From contig NC_043005.1 of NCBI RefSeq assembly GCF_006345805.1, positions 21,762,001-21,826,000 on the forward strand: a stretch of 64,000 bases of DNA, in the 5' to 3' direction. This document shows, one piece after another, positions 43,601 to 57,300 of this stretch. The notes under the pieces were generated by a model. It worked only from the letters and a program-made list of their open reading frames with translations, did not search any database and had not been told where the DNA came from. The translations under genes and the position numbers were made by a program. How positions within the stretch are numbered: the stretch's first letter is position 1; every line of letters starts with the position of its first letter. The stretch comes from Octopus sinensis. Its lineage: Eukaryota.

Positions 43601-44640
43601 CTTTTTTGTACCACCTCGTGTAACTAATAGGCCATTTCAAAATTATACACTACATGCATTATAATATTTACTCTGTGTGTGTGTGTGCATGCAACTGTTT
43701 TGAGTGTGGGTATAAAATTTACTCTTTGTTTTCTTTTTTCTTTCTAGCCAAAGATAGAAAAACTGTGCTTCGTAAAGTTAGCATACTTCAGCAAGATATT
43801 TTAAAACAGCTTCAGAATGTGAACTTAAAGAAGTGTAATGAAGCTTGCCATCAACATCCAGAATGTAATGCATTTGAGTACAAGAAGAGAGAAATGGTCT
43901 GTGATTTGAGTAATGGGACTCATATGACTGATAAACTTAAACCCAATGATGGAAATGGAGATACTTATATCTTTGATAAAAGTGAGTAGAGTATTTTCAT
44001 TTTATTTTTATGTACATGCTTGTGTGTATCTTACATATTAAAATTGAAAATGTGTGTGTGTGTGTGTGTGTGTATTGGTTTGTCCTCATTTTGCACTAAA
44101 ATGGCTCGACCGATTTTGTATGTATGTGGATGTATGTGTGTATGTTTATGTATGTATAAGTATGTACGTATTTATATGTGTGTATATCTCTATATATATA
44201 TATGTTTATATATATATGTATGTATGTATATATATATATAAATTAGAAAAATATATATATATAAATTAGAAAATTTAAATTATACCATTTAGAAAAATTA
44301 CATATTATAGAAAGATTAAATATTAGATAAAACATATAACAATGATTCAGTAATGTGCAAAATAATAAATAAAACATATATATTTGGTATAAAATGTATA
44401 ATATATACATTTTATCTATTATTTTGCACATTACTTAATCATTGTTATATGTTTTATCTTATATTTAGTCTTTCTATGATATGTAATTTTTCTAAATGGT
44501 ATAATTTAATTTTTCATTATTGAATTGATAAAAGGTGGATTTTTTTCTAATTTATATATATATATATATATTATATTTTGTGAAATTTGATTTAGTATTT
44601 CTAAATTGAATTTTTCCCTGTAAATTTGGAATAATATTCC

Positions 44641-44700
<60 letters not shown>

Positions 44701-44962
44701 TGTATGTATGTGTCTATATAGGCTGTGCCTTTCCACTGCCAGTATAGTGTATCTGCCTAAAATAACACACATTATGATATTTGGACTTTTACTTATAGGA
44801 GTATGACTGATTACTTGTATATATATGAATACCTATATTTCTTTGAGTGTAGGCAACTCCTATATGTATGTAGGTGTATGTATGTGTATGGGTGTATATA
44901 TGTGTATGCATGTGAATCTGTCTACATTTGTATGTACCTGTGTAAATATGTATATATATATG

Positions 44963-44995
<33 letters not shown>

Positions 44996-45365
44996 ATGTA
45001 AAAAATATGTTAGTGTATATGTATTTTTATAAATGTGTGTATGGCTGTCCATGTATATATGTGTGTGTAATATATATGTATGTATGTCTATATATATGTT
45101 TTGCATATGTATGTGGACATATATGTATGTATGCATGTAAGTGTCTATATATATATATGCATGCACTTAATTGTATATATAAATATATATTTGTAAATGT
45201 ATGTATGTGTATTTGTATATGCATATATCTATGTTTGTATATAACTATATAGATGTATGTGTGTGTATATATATGTGGGTATATGTATGTATATATCATA
45301 AAATAATATATACCTGAGTGTCCTGTTATGCAAGTTAGAAATCATATAAACTTTTTTTAAATGTC

Positions 45366-45397
<32 letters not shown>

Positions 45398-48300
45398 TGT
45401 ATGTATGTATGTATGTATGTATGTATGTATGTATGTATGTATGTATGTATGTATGTGTATGTATGTATGTATGTATGTATGTATGTATGTATGTATGTAT
45501 GTATGTATGTATGTATGTATGTGCATAGGTGCATATATGCCCATCTGCTTGTATATAAGTATCAAATGAGCAATATCAGATAACAATATCAAGCTGTATT
45601 GTCATAAGTCAGTTGTATTTCCCTTGGGTAAATATCAGCAGCATGAAGTGAAGAGACTTACATGTCTGGCCAACTGCATATTTTCCTCAAAATGTCTTGC
45701 ATATGTGCAGAGGAAGAGTTGACTAGTCTACCTTGACTGCAGGAGGCCCTATTAAATAAACACTTATGCAACTCTGTGTGTGTGCATACGCGTTTCATCC
45801 TCATCATCATCTTTTAACATTCATTACTCTATGCTGGCTGGCATGGATTAGACTTTCTGACTGGAACCAGCCAGAGAGGCATGGTCAACTTCAATGTCAG
45901 CTTTGGCAGGATTTCTATAGTTGGATGCCCTTCCCAACACCAGCCACTTTACAGATTGTGCTGGATGCTTTTGTTCTGGCACCAAGTATATGCAAAACAA
46001 GACCTCCTCATCTGAATGGGGATTAGTACTGAAGAATGTGAAAATATGATAGAGGAACAGGAAAAATTGTCTTACTGAAAAGGTGAAACAATTGCTTTGC
46101 TTGATGGAAAGAGGAAGAGAGATGGTGAGGATGCATTCTGAAGACAAAAGGTGAATATGAGTGATAAAAATAGAGGAGCAGAAAAGGTGGGCCAGTAGGT
46201 AAGTGTACACAGCATATTGCCATTCATCATGGTCCTTTGTCGTCTCCATGAAACTCAGGATCTTGAGATCAGCCTTCACTACTTCATCACATGTATTCCA
46301 GGATCTCCCCAACCATAAGTTCCATCCATTTTAAGTGACTTTGCACTTCTCTGTGCAGCTGTATTCATCCATGTGCATCACATGACTATATCAGCAGTCT
46401 TCTTTCTTACACACAACATCTGATTCTTCTTATGCCTAATTATTTGCACTTTCTAAACATGCACACTGATCTTGCACATTCTTTGAAGCACTTTATCTCT
46501 AGTTTTTTCATATGCTCTAGATATATGGCCGACATCTCACTGCCATGTATTATAGGTGGTCATATACAAGCAATATACTATCTGCCTTTCTCTCAGAGAG
46601 AGATTTTGTTGCCAAAGATGTAATTGCTCTCTGAACTTTTTCCATCTTATCCTTAGTCTAGCAACTACACATGCAGAACATTCTCCTCTACTGCTAATTA
46701 GGTCACCAATGTTACAGAAACTATCAACAACTTCTAGAGAACCTTCTGGTCATCATCATCATCATCATCATCAACGTTTAATGTCTACCTTCTATGCTGG
46801 CATGAGTTAAATGGTTTGACAGGAGCTAGCCAAGCAGGAGCCTGCACTGTTGCTTCTGTGTCTGTTTTTGGCATGGTTTTTATGGCTGGATGCCCTCCCT
46901 AACACCAACCACTCTGTAGAGTGGGTTGAGTGCATTTTACATGACACTCACACAGGCAAGGTCAGTTTGGCATGGTTTTTACAGCTGGATGCCCTTCCAA
47001 ATGTCAACCACTTTACAGTGTGGACTGGGTTCTTTTTAAGTGGAACCTGCACCAGTGGGGATCACCAAGTGAATTTGCAATTCAAAGAGTCTTTGAGAGC
47101 AGAAGGAGCATTGGAAGAGATGACCTTGTGTCAGAGGATGAAAGATTAGAGAGGCAGAAACATTTGTCTTGCTGCAGAGGACGTCCATGGTTACCCAGCA
47201 AGAGAGAGAGAGAGGGAGATGAAGAGAAGAGAGAGAAAGCGAGCAAGAGTTAGCGAGAATGAGGGCAGAAACAGTTGCCTAGAGAGAGAGAGGAGTTAAC
47301 AAGAAAGAAGTGTACTGTCGCAAAGGAGAAATATGGTTACCTAGCCAGAACAAGAGAAAGAAGGGGAGAGAGTGATCAAGAATGAGGGCAGAAACAGGTT
47401 TGTTGCTGTAGGAGAGATACATGATTACTCAGCTGGACAAAAGAATAAGGGAAAGAAGAGAGAGAGAGTAGGAGACAACAAGAGCAGGAGAGGGGTGGCA
47501 GCAAGTGTGTCAGGGTATACTTGCAAGGAATGGGTATCAGGGCATAGATGGGATGGTAGAGTAAGGAAGAGGAGTGGGGGTTAGAATGGGGAATGCAGTG
47601 ACTGGTGAGAATCTGGGTATATAGAGGACGAGAGGGAGGGGGAAGTAATGATACAGTGAGTAGGGTTGTGAAGACTGGATTGAAGTGTGGAAGATAATCA
47701 TAGTGTATGAAGAAGAAATATGAGGAAGAGAAGAGAAACAGTTTGGGAAGTGGGGGATGTAGTTTAGTTTGTTGGCCCAGAGTGTATAAAAGTTTTATTG
47801 TTACATGTGGATGGGACATAACGCTTCTAGAATTCAGGTTCCCTGATGTAGGTGGGTCTTCTCTAGAATTTCATATTGCCAGACATCTCGGTCCAGTGTC
47901 AGTTCATCACTGTACTCATGGCCAACTCTCACCTTACTAACAGCCCCTCTGTGCATGGTTTTTATGGTTCTAACAAACTACTCCTCTACTCTTAACTTCC
48001 TGAGAGACCACCATATAACAGAGTGTAGGACTGTCAAAAACATCTCCAGGTTGATGAAAGCTAAGTGAAGTGGCTTAATCTTGGCCAAATACTTTTCCTG
48101 CAGCTGTCTCACTAGGAAGATGGCATCTGTAGTACTCTCCCCAGGTACAAAACCAAACTGTATCTCATTTAGTGTAATTCTATTCTTAATCGGTTGAGCT
48201 ATGACTCTCTCTGTAACTTTCATGACCTGGTTTAATACCTCTGTAGTTGTTTCTATTTAAGGCATCACTTTTAACCTTGTAGCAGCTAACTATAATACTA

Positions 48301-51300
48301 CACCAGTCATTGCTGTAGTAATATTATAGTTAGCTGCTGATTAGCTATGCGAGTGACTAGGCTGTATCCCACACATCCAGAAATTTTTATCATCTTGGCA
48401 GTGACACCCAATGGTCCAGAGGATTTCCTTGTTTTCATATCCTTAATTGCCTTATCTACTAATCTGCTATCAACTCTGATGGATGGTTCTTCAATTGGTT
48501 CAATATTTGAAAGACTCTCCTTCTCCTATTAATTTTCCACATTTAGTAGCTTTTTGTGGTAATAGAAAATCCACTTCTGAATTCCTGATTGTTCTTAATG
48601 TTTATTATTCCTGCACATCTGTCACAAAAACTACCTCCTTAGCTTGTTACATTAAGGTTTAAGTGTCCACATTTACTACAAATTTATATTTGTTCATTAG
48701 AAGTGATAGAAGTTAAATTATTTTAGTTTTCCAAGACAAAACATTGCAAAATAGGTATTGTGAAGGGTTATAATCCATGCTATAACTAGCCACATTTATT
48801 TATTTGCCTTTACATTCTGAGTTCAAACCCCATTGGTTGTACTTCACATTTCATATTTCTGAAGTTGATAAAACCAGCTCTATTCAACTACTGAGTTTCA
48901 TTCATTTTCATGAATCATTGCAGAATGTGTGGCTTTATATTTAGGTTAGAAACTGTTATCATAAATATTGGTAGCATCAACAATAATTATAAATATTTTT
49001 AACCCATGCCAGCATGGACAATGGACATTAAATGATGATGATGCTGAGTAGAGATGGATTGAGAGAATCATCAGAACATCAGACAAACTGTGTTGTGGTA
49101 TATGTTGTGGCTCTTTGACTTCTGAGTTCAGATCTGGCTGATGTCAAATTTGCTTTGTCAGGGCCAATAAAATAAAATCCCAGTCAAATGTAGGGACCAA
49201 TTTAACTGATTAACTCTTACCTTAAACTTTTGTCCTTCTTTCTACATTATAAATGAAATTATTGTTGCTGTTTCTATTCATATAAATTTGTCTTTAATTC
49301 CAGTTGCTAAGAAAAATTTTGTGAAAGTAAGAAGTGGAACTCTGGATGTACCTGAAAAATTGTTGTGGCATAGGGAAAATGTAACAGCAGAAGACTGTGC
49401 CAAAAAATGTTTTTCTGAAAAAAATTGTTTATCATTTGAAATGAATAAAGAAAATAGAAAATGTTACCTATCAAAGGAAACTGCAGCTGCTTCCAAGAAA
49501 ATAAAATCAGCCAAAGACAGAGATTACTACCAACGAGTAAAACGTAATTACTCTTTACGTTCCTCTTTTTCTGAAATTTGTGATTCCATTTGTACTTCAT
49601 AATATATAGACAACCATTTGTGTAAAGACATTGACAGGTTTATCTATAAGGACAGATATGGACGTGGTCCTCGAAAAGAAAAGCAATATTAGGAAATGTA
49701 AATTCTGTTAAGACATTCTCATACAGAATTTGTTCACTTTAAACACTTTTATGCATGATTGAAGTTGTTTTTCATGCAGTGGTGGCTGTAAGAAAGGACG
49801 CTCTTATATTTCTTAAATCTGCATAGTAGTGGTGGTGGTGGTGGTGGTGGTGGCAGTGGTGGTAGAAATCACTTCAAACTTTGGTACAAGGCCAGCAGTT
49901 TTGAGGGGACAGTATTAGTTCATACCTATGACCCCAATTCTTGATAGATTTAATAATTTATCAAAATCAGAAGGATGCAAAATAGTTTTTCCTGGCAGTT
50001 TGAACTTGAAATGTAATGAGATGGAAGACATACTGCTAGGTAGCATAGCTTTTGCACAGTATCTTGCTATTTGTTGCTCTCCTCTGTAATCTGATACACA
50101 AAATAACAGAAGAAAATGATTATTTCCAGATTTTGGCATGATTATTATGGCTAGATGCCCTTCTTATCACCAACAATTTTACCACATGAAAAGAGTATAT
50201 TTTTTCCATGTTACTAAATTCAAAGATGCTGTCTGCTGGAACTAAAGTGTTCTTCCAAAATAGATATGAATAATTCTATACTGTTAAGAAGGCAGCCAGT
50301 AAATTCACTCACACTGACCTCAAGGATTTTGTCTTTTATTATCATAACCCTTTTCTTTTTGATACCCAGAGTTTCAGAGTAAATTCACTAGATATAGTGA
50401 CCTCATGAATCTCAGGGTGTCATCACTATTATGAATTTTCAGTGTCAAAAAGAGAACTCAGCCATTTATTTTTATATCTGTGAGGAACTTTAACAGGACC
50501 AAAGTCACCAACATACATCAATATTTATCTTGGGTACCATTAAGAAGTTCAAGCACACTCACAGATCAGGTTCATATTACTTGAAATTGCCTACCAATTT
50601 CAAGTAATATGAACAACCATGCCATCAACAGACTCAGGAAGAACTTATTAGGATTCTTGAAGAAGTTTGATTTAAACTAAGGATTACTACAAATATAACT
50701 ACATTCTAGGAATTGGATATCACTTTAATTTTTAAGTCATTTATCACACAAAGTATGCTCCTAAAGAATGCCTAATAAGGAGAGCAGACACCTTCATAGA
50801 GATTTCAACACCTACTCCAAAAATATAAATGAAAGACACTAACTGGCATTTGTAAAAGAATCTCCAATTTAACCTCAAAATAAGATATTTTAGACATTTT
50901 TTACAGTACAATAGAGTTTTAGCTAGTATTGGATTTAGTAAGAAGTTATTAAAAACAGAGCATTCTCCATATCCATACCTGAATAAAATAAGTATGATAA
51001 AAATAACTCAGTCTTCCCTTCAAAATAACTCAGTCCTCCCTTCAACCTACATAAATGTGAATTCAAGTATCTTAATTCTTAGGCACACTTAAGTATCACA
51101 GGCTTATGAATGGCCATAGTATTAATGTTTGTTACTCCTGTCTGGGTAGCATGTATTGCATGTCACATAGGAAAAGCATGCACTTATTCAGACTTTATTC
51201 CAGGCACCTACCTCTAACTGTCAAAATCAATCCAATTTTCCACTGAGAGAATTCTGCATAAGACAGCAGTATACAGAACAACTTCCACTCCACTTGATTG

Positions 51301-54300
51301 TTTCTAAATGAACTACAAGAGACTTACAACTAGTTACTTCAAGGAAAATTTCATGAAGCTTATATAATCTTTCATGTTCATGTATAGCAAAAATTCCACT
51401 TCATTGTTCTCTTTTTCTAGAGACTCCAGAAACAGAAAAACAACCAACCCAGTATAATTTCAAGCTTATACAACATACTCCGCTCCTTATGTACCAGAGG
51501 AATATAATTTCAATTTTTGTCTTTCTGGCTAAGCCATAGACAAAAAAAACACATACATGTGTATGTATACAAGTGGCAGGATTCGCTATATATAAATATA
51601 TATATTTGAGTTTGTGTGTGTGTGTGTGTGTGTAGCTATGTAGCTGTGTATGTTTCAATGCTTGGATATATTGTTCTTGAGACTTTCCAACATTGCTTCA
51701 CTCTAAATCAGACATTTTTTTTTCTTGAACTGAAAGTTTTAAATGCATATCATACTTACCTACCTGCCTGTATACATGTGAATCAACATACATATATACA
51801 GTCAGACAGACAGACACAAGTTGGTAGAAAACACTAGGCCCCTAGCTTACCCATATGTTATGTACAAGCTTTACAAAAGAATTATTTTATTTCAAATACT
51901 TCTGTTATGTTATATATTTAAAACTTTAGATAATATAAGTACCTTATAACTGAAATTTTTATTTTAAATATTTGAAAGTCATCTGGTTCATTATTTTCTA
52001 AATGGACAATTTATTATAAAAATAGAATCCATCCACAAAACTATTTTTTGACATGAGATATCCTTCTCAAAATTAGTACGAATTCTAGTACATCGTGAGA
52101 CACACATGGAACCTTGCCTCACTGTTTTAGGTTGTAGCCAGTACATTTGTACACCCTTCTTCTGATAGTGTGCTTTTGTTTAAGATTAAATTACCATAAG
52201 GATACTTCACATGCTGGTTGTCCATCTTTTGAACTATGTTTAGATTCAACAAAAGTACACCATTAGATAGGAATGCAGAAATGGATTACATGCAACTTAA
52301 ATTTTGAAACAATATTTCAAATGAGCCTGAAGATGTTTTATATTAACATGAATTCTAACTAAGTTGTCATTTTGTGGATCAATTATTTATTTATAATGCA
52401 GGCATGTCCAACTCATGCCTGCATGGAAAATAAATGTTAAATGATTATGATAATGATGATGATTATGATGACAACGACAACCATTGAAAACAAATAATCC
52501 ACCAAATGCTTTTTATATATAATATGCATGTGTAAATATAAAATGTCTTTTTTGTTTTCTTTCATTTCCTTTTTATTTAGCTGATGATGATGTTTTTACA
52601 TTAAAAAAAACTGCCATACCAGGGACTGATTCATCTGATCGGATTAAAGGAATCAGTTTAAAGGAGTGTGATCGTGCTTGTCTTCAAATTCCAGGATGTA
52701 AATCTTATGAATACCACGAAAAATATAGTTACTGTGATCCAAGTAATAAGACTCACCTGACTTATGACCTTAAACCCAACGAATATGGATGGGATATACA
52801 TATCATGAACCCAGGTCAGTGGAGTGTATTCATTTAATTTTATGTGTGTCTGCATGCATGCATGTGTCATTTCATTTGCACATATGTATTATATAAATTG
52901 GAAGACAGCACACTAGAAGTCCTCTGCAATCTATCCTTAACATTTTTTTAATAAGTCTTTTATTACCTGAATACACACCCCCTTATTCCCCATAATGACA
53001 GCAATTTTTCTCTTTTTCTCTCTTTGTTCCTTCTCTCTCTACTTTTCCTCTTACCCTTTGACCCTTAACCACACCTACTCTATCCATTATTTCAGTTCAA
53101 CCTTACACCAAAACATTCATTGATTGTTTAAACTTGCTTTCTTTGTTTTGTCTCATTTTTTTTTTGTGTGTGTGTGTTACTGATTTTTCTATTCTTTTGA
53201 AATTCCTAACAACAATTTAAACTTCAGTGAGGTAATTTCAGTCTGATGACTACATACACTCTGAAGAGCTGTGGAGAGTTCACTATGTAATACTTATGTA
53301 ATGAGCTTCAGCTATTTAAGAAACATATGTAGTTTACATGTTACTTGCTCCACTCCTTTAAATGTTGGATTAATATTCGCATTTTTAGCAGCATTAGTTG
53401 CTAGCAGTGAGTTGTATGGAAACTATCAGTGAGTTCTATGGAAACTATCAGTTTGGATTTGTGTCAAGGAGAAGCATCATCGATGCTATCTTTCTGGTGA
53501 GGCAATGGCAGGAGAAATACTTTGCCAAAAATAAATCTCTGTTTCTGGCTTTTCTTGACATGGAGAAATCTTTTGACAGGGTTCCCCACTCCCTGATCTG
53601 GTGAGCAATGCAGAAATTAAGGATAGATGAGTGGTTATTGAGAGCTGTACAAGCCATGTACAGGGATGCTGTTAGTAAGGTGGAAATGTTCAAGGAGCCT
53701 GAGATGACAGCAGTAGGGGACCAAGAGCTCAGAGCCATATAGGAGCATTGTGAGGATGACAGCCATGTAGACTCTGACTTTTGTGTTGATCTTAAGATGC
53801 TTGTTGTTCCACACTTGCTTGTGCAGTCTGCCAAATGTTTTGTTTGCCTTTGCAAGTCTGTTAATTTCTTTGTCGATACTCGCATCTGATGAAATGGTAC
53901 ATCCAAGATAAATGAACTGCTGTACTGACTTCAGTTCTGTTTCATTAATGGTGATGTGGGGCATCCTGTACTCTTCAGGAGGTGGTTGGAGTAGGACTTC
54001 AGTCTTTTTCAAGCTTAATTCCATCCCGAAGAGCTGGGCGGCCGCTGCAAAGCAGGAAGTGATGCGCTTCAGGGCTCATTCTGTGTGTGCAACAAGTGTG
54101 GCATCATCTACAAAGAGGAGGTCCTGGATCACTTGCTCTTGTGTCTTAGTATGAGCCAGTAGGTGCTGGAGGTTGAAAAGACTGCCGTCAAGACAGTACT
54201 TGATGTAGACACCGTCTTCAGCATTGAGGTCTGCAGTGGCCTGCTTGAGCATCATGCTGAAGAGAGTAGGTGCTAGGACACAGCCCTGCTTCAACAGTTG

Positions 54301-57300
54301 ATGAGGAATGGCTCTAATATGTCACTATTCAGGCGGACTTATCCTTGCTGGTCTTTGTGAAGCTGGATGATCATCAGTAGGAATTTTTGGGGACAGCCAA
54401 GTCAGTTTAGGATCTGCCACAGACCTTTCCTGCTCACAGTCAAACAGTTTTGTCAGATCCACAAATGTTACATAAAGTGGTTTATTTTGCTCCCGCCACT
54501 TTTCCTGGAACTGCCTGAGAATGAAAACCATATCTGTTGTGCTTCTGTTGGCTCTGAAACCACACTGGCTTTCTAGAAGATATTTTTCGGCAATGGACAG
54601 ACCAAGTCTGTTGAAGAGTAGACTTGCTAGAACTTTTTCTGCAGTGGAAAGCAGGATGATCCCCCAGTAGTTTGAGCAGTCTGACTTTTTCCCTTTGTTT
54701 TTATATATTGTAATGATGACAGCATTACACTATATACGTGTATACATACATGTATATTTGTATGTATGTATTTATATCTGAATGCAAATATTTTCTATCT
54801 GATTCACTTAATACTTTTTCTTGTGATATTATCATTTCTTCCTCATTCTTATTGTCCTCCTAAGATTCACATACCATTCATATCAGTTTCTTTTTCCATT
54901 TCCAGTTTACTCACTTATTAATTGTGGACCTCCAAAAGATATTGATCGTGCATCGACATTCTACAATTCCACCATTTATAGATCTGAGGTGACCTATAGA
55001 TGCCAAGATGGAGAAGAACTAAAGTCAGTGTGTACAAAGGACAATAAATGGACTCCAGTAACATCTATTTGTAAAGGTAACATTAATAGCTTCTCTTTGT
55101 TGTCTCTGTCTAAGTAATTTTGTTTACTTTTTGTAATAAATGTCTTTGTCAGAGGTTGACTCCATATTAATTTTCTAAGTGTCTGTGGTTGGTATGTGGA
55201 AAACATTTCCACAAATTATGCAATATTAATTCTACCCAAGGGCCAGGTAATGCTATGAAATTGGGTGATGTGTTAAGTCTGCCAAACAAAAGCTGGAAGT
55301 GTAGAAACTTGTCACAAACAAGCTTCCAACATAGAGTCCATCAACCAGATTTCATGCACAAAGCTTAGTTGTGAAGCAAATTCTTAACCTCAGACAAAAC
55401 TACGTTGCTGTTAGGTAAACTTCTTACCTCTATAGCTATTCCTTGATAAATCTTGATAGTTTTTTTTCTCTTAATTTCTAACTTGCCCTTTTGCACCCTT
55501 GCTTTCTATTGTCATCCCAATCATTTTACAATATAATTCCATGGGTCCTCATTTCGTAAAACTCAGCAGCCATTTAAAACGACTTCTGAGACTCTTGTTA
55601 TTTTCCAATTCATACCCTTTAATTATATTATTAATAATAATGCTTCTTGATTTATACACAAAGGTAAGTTTTGATGGGAGCTGTTTAGTCAACACCATCA
55701 GCCTTATAACTTGATGTAGACATTATGTCATTGACCTCCAACAAGTATGAAAGGCAAAGTGAACTCTGGATTCATTTGAACTGATATCCAAAAGTGCTGA
55801 AATACATAATTTAAAGCATTTCTTCCAATTCTCTTATTAGTATACATTGATAATAATGTTGAAGATGATGATGCAAAATTCTTGGGTGTAAATGGATGTC
55901 GGTCTAGGGTTAATTGAAGAACCCCCAACATTGAACATTAGGCTCATCTCTCAGGACAAATGGAGAGTGTGAGGCAATTATTGGGATGGAACTCCCAGGA
56001 TGAATAATTACTCCAATTTTTGTCACCTATACTACAGGTTTATGCACTGTGGTCCCTATCCACTCTTCCTTATCATATTTATTTATTTTACAAGTGATAC
56101 TTTAAAAATGCATATGAGTGATTAACCAAACTCTATCATTAGATCTTTTAACTTCATCCACCATACAATCATTTTGCAATAACTATTAGATAGAAAAATT
56201 GCCTTTTCTTCACTGTTAAATGAGAGGATGCAATAATTATCAATATGGACTTGGCTGACAAGTTCCCTCTCCCATACAACAGCAGCTGTTACCACAAGTC
56301 ATCAATGTATGAACAATGAATAAGTGCATGCAAAATGATTTTGTTGCACTGCACACATCTCAGACAGCCGTGTTTGTTGGTCTTTCCATCAATTATTTAT
56401 TCATTATTTAGTGACATTACCAGTCATCATTAGAGGAAGCAATGAGACTATGTGATATTCATGTCTTTCTCAAGGGCAGTAACTGACTATGTAATGTAAA
56501 CTAATTGAAACTGAGAATCAAACCCAGATCAAACACCACTCAGCCCATATTTATACTAAAAGAACAACTAGGGGATAAATACACATCGTCACTCCCTGCA
56601 TAGAAAACAAATAATAAAGTGGCTAATTATTGAAGCAGCAAGGTGCCACACATCTATCTCTATTTGTATTTATTCACTAGTTGAGATAAGAGGAAAATTA
56701 TTTTTGTTGTCTCAGGTCAAACGTCGCAAAGAATAAAGTCATTGGTTATAGTCTTTGTCATGACTAACCATATTTAGTTACATTCTGGGTTCAAATCCCA
56801 CCTGAATGAACATTAATCAAGTAGTGAGATCAATTTCTTCATATACATTCTCACCACAGACAGAGTGGCCTTGTGTTTAAGTTCAGAACTTATTCGTTAA
56901 TATCAGTGACATCAATAATAATTATAATTATTCTTGTCGTTAAAGATGATAGATTGACAGAATCATTAAAGCATCAGAGAACAAGTGCTGTGGTATTTTT
57001 TCTGGCTCTTTAATGCCTGATTTCAAATTCTACTGATGTTAAATACAATGCCAATCAAGTGTAGGCGAACAATTTAATCAACCCTCTCCTACCACAAAGA
57101 TTTAGGTTTCTTTCTATAATAGAAATTATTATTATTATTATTATATTTCATTGGTTTAAATTTTATTTTAAATTTAGATGTTAAGAACAAATTTGTGAAA
57201 GTAAATGGTGCATATCTTGATGTACCTGGGAAAAAATTGTTGAAGAAGAAAAACGTAACAACAGATGAATGTGCAGAAACATGTTTGTCTGATGAAAGTT

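Noticed and set aside
44020-45592. Many overlapping ORFs (MYVC/HTYI repeats)
   Set aside because: Translations of (TA)n, (TG)n and (TATG)n microsatellites.
8736-54905. Each S-A-B unit as a separate gene
   Set aside because: No conserved leader/signal or terminal exon between units, strong B donors, and the post-B stop is not conserved in B3/B5. Not fully excluded without cDNA.
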